In this document: positions 62,001 through 64,000 of the stretch, piece after piece | Layout of the letters: each line of letters starts with the position of its first letter | Numbering within the stretch: the stretch's first letter is position 1 | From: Candidatus Omnitrophota bacterium | GTDB lineage: Bacteria > Omnitrophota > Gorgyraeia > Pluralincolimonadales > Pluralincolimonadaceae | Assembly (NCBI GenBank): GCA_030695925.1 | Contig: JAUYOH010000109.1 | Span: forward strand, 32,566 to 96,565 | Direction: 5' to 3' | Length of the DNA: 64,000 nucleotides | Notes under the pieces: model-generated | Seen by the model: only the letters and a program-made list of their open reading frames with translations | What the model was told of the DNA's origin: nothing | The model's database searches: none | Made by a program: the position numbers and the translations under genes

Positions 62001-63094
62001 TGGACGGTCCCATTTCCACCTTCAAAATACGCAGTAGTTAAACTTGGCAGGATATTAAGGAATAAAATAGTGCCTCGCACGGCCGCGACAGCGGTCGGGG
62101 TCTTTACCTCAAATTTTGAATTGCCCTTTAGTTTCTGGACCTGCGCCCTTATCTTCCCATGGCTGGATTCCAGTAAATTCTCATAATCTCCGGTCTTTAG
62201 ATCCTTCGATAATTTCTGAAGTTTAAGCTCTGAATTTGGTTTCAGATTTATAAGGTTGCCGTTTTCTAACTTGATCTCTATCTTACCGTCATCTTTCGTC
62301 TCTATGACGTCGCCGGCATTAAGGACCTCATTTATCTTCGCGTCATGCCAGGTCAGCGCGCCGCGACTTCTTATCCGCGCGCTTCCTGAAACCTTGACAA
62401 CGATAGCCGTCATATCTTCCGGTTTGGAATATCCTTCAGCAGATAGGGGTTTTCCCTCTTTTATCTTTGCTATCTGTGTGTCCGCCTCGTGGCCCTTTCT
62501 CTCCATCGCAAGAAGAGCTCTGGGAGCTATCGGAGGCTGGTCAGTAGATATAAGAGTCGCATCTCCCGCGGCAACGTCTACAGGCTTCTCGGAGAGCGAA
62601 GTATTGGCCACCGAGACCTTGCCGTCTAACACTACCACACCTGTCGAGGATTTCTGGTAGATAACAAATAAGTCCGTCCCCTTGACGCTACCCGAAGCAT
62701 TCGGGGTGTTGATTATAAAATTGTCCTTCGCGGCCGATTTCGATACTGTAGCCCTTATCTTCCCACGCTCTATATTCAGGACCGCGGCTATCCTTTTTCC
62801 CTGCGCGTCTAACTGGTAATCTTTTATCTCTACACGGGTCTTCTCGGCAAGCTTGACCACGGTATTGTCGGTAAATGTTATCTCGGCTTTAGAGGCGCTC
62901 TTCGTCCTTATAATGTCTCCGACCGAGATTACGGCCCCTTCCTCGGCAGGCCGCGCTTCGCTCTGGCCCGGCTGAAGGATATCTACCTTGCCCTCAATAG
63001 CCGTGACCTTGCCAATTTCTCCCGCAAAGGCGAACGCGCTTGCCATAAGAACCCCGACGGCAAAAACCGTTAACTTTACAATCCGTCTTTTCAT
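56072..63094 (-). CDS. Giant secreted repeat protein with a signal peptide, two FecR domains, a GDTGG linker and about 1,900 aa of W/Y/G/D-rich repeats
   Basis: This is a single uninterrupted ORF. The likely start is ATG 63094 (MKRRIVKL..AFAFA|GE signal peptide), preceded by TAGGAG with an 8-nt spacer. The tracked TTG at 63118 overlaps the OMP stop and has no ribosome-binding site. FecR-like units lie at about 63010-62534 and 62401-61943 (GDIIRTKSASKAEITFTDNTVVKL; GDVIETKDDGKIEIKLENGNLINL). I saw no Cys when reading the translation. I recognised no C-terminal sorting signal. Confidence 0.85.
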   Translation of the reverse strand: MKRRIVKLTVFAVGVLMASAFAFAGEIGKVTAIEGKVDILQPGQSEARPAEEGAVISVGDIIRTKSASKAEITFTDNTVVKLAEKTRVEIKDYQLDAQGKRIAAVLNIERGKIRATVSKSAAKDNFIINTPNASGSVKGTDLFVIYQKSSTGVVVLDGKVSVANTSLSEKPVDVAAGDATLISTDQPPIAPRALLAMERKGHEADTQIAKIKEGKPLSAEGYSKPEDMTAIVVKVSGSARIRSRGALTWHDAKINEVLNAGDVIETKDDGKIEIKLENGNLINLKPNSELKLQKLSKDLKTGDYENLLESSHGKIRAQVQKLKGNSKFEVKTPTAVAAVRGTILFLNILPSLTTAYFEGGNGTVQNVVSGVIQTVAAGNSSSADDQGNVSPPAPPSDEQQSEWQEGWEGEGGGEGYSAPGGDTGGEDTGEDTGGDTGGDTGGDTTVFDDKPITDDNPTDGNGDTGGTTTTGDTLTPTLQANFTGLFGNYGSFQEDADSSFSATLTSYTDALTISPWPGTPVPEDFTIAGTYSNPNERRLWFGEVPAIEVGDNALLGWVGGSWGSSWEGALSFIYIDSSGTSGHLFGYMSGPNGAGIFSGDGDLYIIPKAATDVLPQDLSDAIVNGSGGGELYVSFDGGYLDTEFYKEMKKIEGEDWGIWREIHRGTYDRPDDLSTWIGVAGGNYNNGGYFFSAFEGIDNLDDLLRIDVFGTYLDYEKLGVYYGTILGAYTPSSSFDFEGVGLGGFEEETLTSSGQLYNSIYNDNWGYFSGLIGTLGDLWNAEPFDLVSIGRFNNYGSEPFTWFSGGDTLYSADPFNETYTTYDGGAFYGMTGGIGADDELKGLVKALYIDPSGNAGILSGNLTGAYSNYVGYLLGGELTKVRMAPAIDVGVTAEDLYDSVWPNYDDGRLAGSFTNSGGEITGWDSLTTMSIVDYEGGVAQNWGIYGQTFDGEFSGRNSDTSWSAVMGGNDSFGAYNPTMYHEGQYNYSDGGYYSYRYYANGTYGYLSYYRPDQANYYIEYYGNGTYNGSDYQDYGAPINGTWDPSWQLLADLVGTPPDPDNASLSDPEYSDGIGSNDSGYWIADITNGIWNDITAELHGTFLTRTKMGTLDGEILGVYEDNGGYGDWQAVGLGTWEGTPLTFSGYWGEDSLYYNNNGDIERAGEDYGLIGSTTPEWWNQNVDGFEFLAMGEYWDGEQSERYIWNTPIQSYNAPESNNTTLDGGAFWGYTGGIWKDEIMDGAVASIYIAPDGNGGYNAGVLRGDVSGNYYPGIEMWEAEGTLTPTELAQNIGIAPRDLNGYIDQDNIDIRGLYGNFGYEGSYIYGAPYFDEDRWQDYAYRYSIGEDAGWGIFDIKLGNGNYYINPGYLDKDENLIIPTEWSAVMGGTDYSGDGDSYWLTDISGTWQNNEIRGDVSGNYLSYENLGTIEGDLFGVNRGITGTWIATTIGSYSEEPLAWSAEIDARYHYGYDDGDGVYLETYDYHYGLIGATESPFPSVGTKTVDITLMGETYPDDYITWWGSLYGSYADESEIPDGFIAGRTNSLEGMLVSLYIDTSGKAGTLEGTFDGDYYPELDMWQADGSMTATKRAEGYNPISYNSDWNDIDGYLNGGFNTIGGGEIYNDYSIYEVSNDYGYGYLGSYTTWLVKGGNPEPWGIYNIELGGYYDDSTSNNWTLNLGGDQWRGLDDEYWLATITGTQWSEQRIAGELEGQYLTQTALGTIEGNVLGSFDTDYDYTWEAIALGTFTEEPLTFSGYWEEDSLYYNDGGYPDWAGSEYGLIGSTTPNWWNAESFPILAMGEYYLYGISEEQPKFWNTYVYSDYITQDGGAFAGVTAGIWNNEIMDGAVAALYMDPSGNAGVLRGDVSGNYYPSLEMWMAEGTLTPTQMAQAADLGISPQDFVDFNIGTGDFTAELFGGFAEGDTSLIEGETYWGDTHFIDDGTIAQPWGIYDLKLQGGPNSYDNPENSTIWMAEIYGDGKFGPADGEWIGITGGSWLNGEIRGALRGLYINIPDEDMVGLIRGDVFGTYDEGGDTWIGESIGVFNEMGAIDPLSEPIESEFFGTGLGSFVSGGTLEVVSIEGMALGIFNIISEQDWGIWAAYLEGTYTEPNSPFRLAMGGAQDGFEGTDGYWLGTLNGDWENGILDGDFKGVWFGLEEFDQDGNLITFNVGSVTGDVIGTYEAVDTTWQAVGVGEWIELAQLDPGILGFDNEALAQMVSVPITETYSSLLQGAGGFTDGGAINATMDISMYASASEALSGIWAALINGNYTGSTSDSWSVAVDNGNVTLTGSQWSDGQWLADVTGTVNSAAITGQAGGTYTGADSGTLTGVGAGTWEAPPLVP
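61763..61837 (-). repeat. Tandem acidic Gly/Thr oligopeptide repeat (GGDTGGEDTGEDTGGDTGGDTGGDT) in the giant protein
   Basis: This is a 75-nt degenerate tandem repeat with a period of 12-15 nt. It lies between the FecR region and the repeat body. Its mirror image creates the spurious PPVSPP ORF on the plus strand. Confidence 0.8.
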
Positions 63095-63114
63095 CTGAAG
63101 ATCTCCTATTTTAA

Positions 63115-64000
63115 TCAAAATTTATACTCGACTCCTAAACTGTATATACTCCTGTCATAATCATATATGGCGATATTAGAATGGTCTTTAACGTAGGTGT
63201 ATCTAAATTGCAATTCCGCCGCCTTCCAGAAATTGTACGCCAACATCGAAGATGCAGTAAGAACCTTGTCGTGTCTCTTTACGTTAAATATCGTATTACT
63301 ATTATCGAAATTCTGAAGGAAAGCATCCCCGGCTAAGCTTAACTTGAACTTCTCTAAGAAAGGATACAATACCGACGCGGTAAACCTGTTTCCGAGATAT
63401 TCCCAGTTTATGCCTTCGGTATCTTCTTTATTTATGCCGTAATGCAGGCCGAGGAAACCTTTGTTCTCGGCGAAGAAGAAGAAATATCCGAGCCCTCCGC
63501 TGTAATCATCAGAATTCCTGTCCTCATCCGCGATTGTCGGCGTGCGCGCGTAATCCTTATCCTGATACTTGAAATTACCCTGAAACATATGGTTCTTTCC
63601 GACTATTAAATTAGCCAGGGGGCTTACGCTTATGGTAGTCAGATATTTTTCCCTCCCGACATCCGTATAATTGTATGATGTCGCAACACCAAGCGTGGCC
63701 TTATCAAGATAATAATTCGGAGTGACGCTGACCGTGTGGCTTAAGACGTCATAGGCGCCTATCTTATTCTGATGGGAGAGGTACATCGAATACTGGGGTT
63801 CTATGACCAGCCTCTCGGCGACCTTCTGCCGGTATTGCCCCATAAAAGTAATTACCTCTCTCCAGTCGGATTCATTTGTGATGCCCGTGGCAAGGGTATC
63901 GTCGCCGGGTTTAAGGAGCACATTGGTATCATATTGCCCGGAGACATTGAGCGTCGCCCTGAACGGCCTCTCGGCCTTCTCTTTTCTATTGAGGGCTTCC
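63115..64000 (-). CDS. Outer-membrane beta-barrel protein (5' end beyond the window edge)
   Basis: The frame is open from 64000 down to the TGA at 63115, so the tracked GTG at 63921 is internal. It shows alternating amphipathic beta-strand patterns rich in Y/G/N/D and a C-terminal beta-signal ending in SLGVEYKF. The stop lies 20 nt upstream of the giant-gene ATG. Confidence 0.75.
   Translation of the reverse strand, partial: EALNRKEKAERPFRATLNVSGQYDTNVLLKPGDDTLATGITNESDWREVITFMGQYRQKVAERLVIEPQYSMYLSHQNKIGAYDVLSHTVSVTPNYYLDKATLGVATSYNYTDVGREKYLTTISVSPLANLIVGKNHMFQGNFKYQDKDYARTPTIADEDRNSDDYSGGLGYFFFFAENKGFLGLHYGINKEDTEGINWEYLGNRFTASVLYPFLEKFKLSLAGDAFLQNFDNSNTIFNVKRHDKVLTASSMLAYNFWKAAELQFRYTYVKDHSNIAIYDYDRSIYSLGVEYKF

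Noticed and set aside
61695-62186. Plus-strand ORF with a striking PPVSPPVSPPVSSPVSSPPVSPP proline-rich repeat.
   Set aside because: It is the reverse-complement reading of the GGDTGG/EDTG tandem repeat of the giant minus-strand gene. It has no independent start context.
63095-63118. TTG start at 63118 for the giant gene, overlapping the OMP stop (which would imply a TTGA-type coupling).
   Set aside because: No ribosome-binding site precedes it, and the eight extra residues (MIKIGDLQ) come before a perfect signal peptide. ATG 63094 has TAGGAG at 8-nt spacing. The TTG cannot be strictly excluded.

Overview
This 64-kb window is about 97% coding. Every credible gene (48 CDS and 2 tRNAs) lies on the minus strand. 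The standard bacterial code applies, since TAA and TGA both act as stops. I found no transposase, integrase, CRISPR array or rRNA. The plus-strand ORFs in the track are shadows of the minus-strand genes.

Most of the content is housekeeping:
- Translation: glyQS, aspS, hisS, valS, lepA, tRNA-Arg(CCT), tRNA-Pro(GGG).
- Replication and repair: dnaE, uvrB, recO, ruvX.
- Purines: a CBS-less guaB3-type IMPDH followed by guaA, plus apt.
- Chaperones: a CIRCE-controlled groES-groEL-groES unit.
- Thr/Ile/Lys: hom, thrC, an iPGM-like 'proposed homoserine kinase', lysC, cimA.
- Trp: trpB, trpA.
- Lipids: gpsA, plsY, pgsA, and a dgkA-PAP2 fusion.
- A Firmicute-like phoH-pgpH-ybeY-dgkA-recO-glyQS-ppdK-sigA arrangement.

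Two blocks look accessory:
- 28.1-33.8 kb: two very large secreted glycan-binding, glycosidase-like proteins sit between uvrB and nadC.
- 55.8-64.0 kb: a beta-barrel outer-membrane protein (truncated by the window edge), a roughly 2,340-aa Cys-free W/Y/G/D-rich repeat protein with a signal peptide and two N-terminal FecR domains, and a 94-aa SurA/PrsA-N-like lipoprotein. This is the best candidate for an undescribed cell-surface system.

Other points worth a second look:
- Two genes (nadC and a manC-like gene) have conserved N-termini with no ATG/GTG/TTG. Each has a good Shine-Dalgarno sequence in front of a near-cognate codon (ACG, ATC).
- A GNRA-loop palindrome encodes the trpB C-terminal tail.
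- Two strong hairpins follow tRNA-Arg.
- Several promoters share a CTTGACAAATC -35 context and overlap the stop codon of the upstream gene.

The lineage cannot be determined from the sequence alone. An uncultivated, Omnitrophota-like or similar bacterium is only a guess. All functional calls come from motif recognition by eye, and no database search was run.
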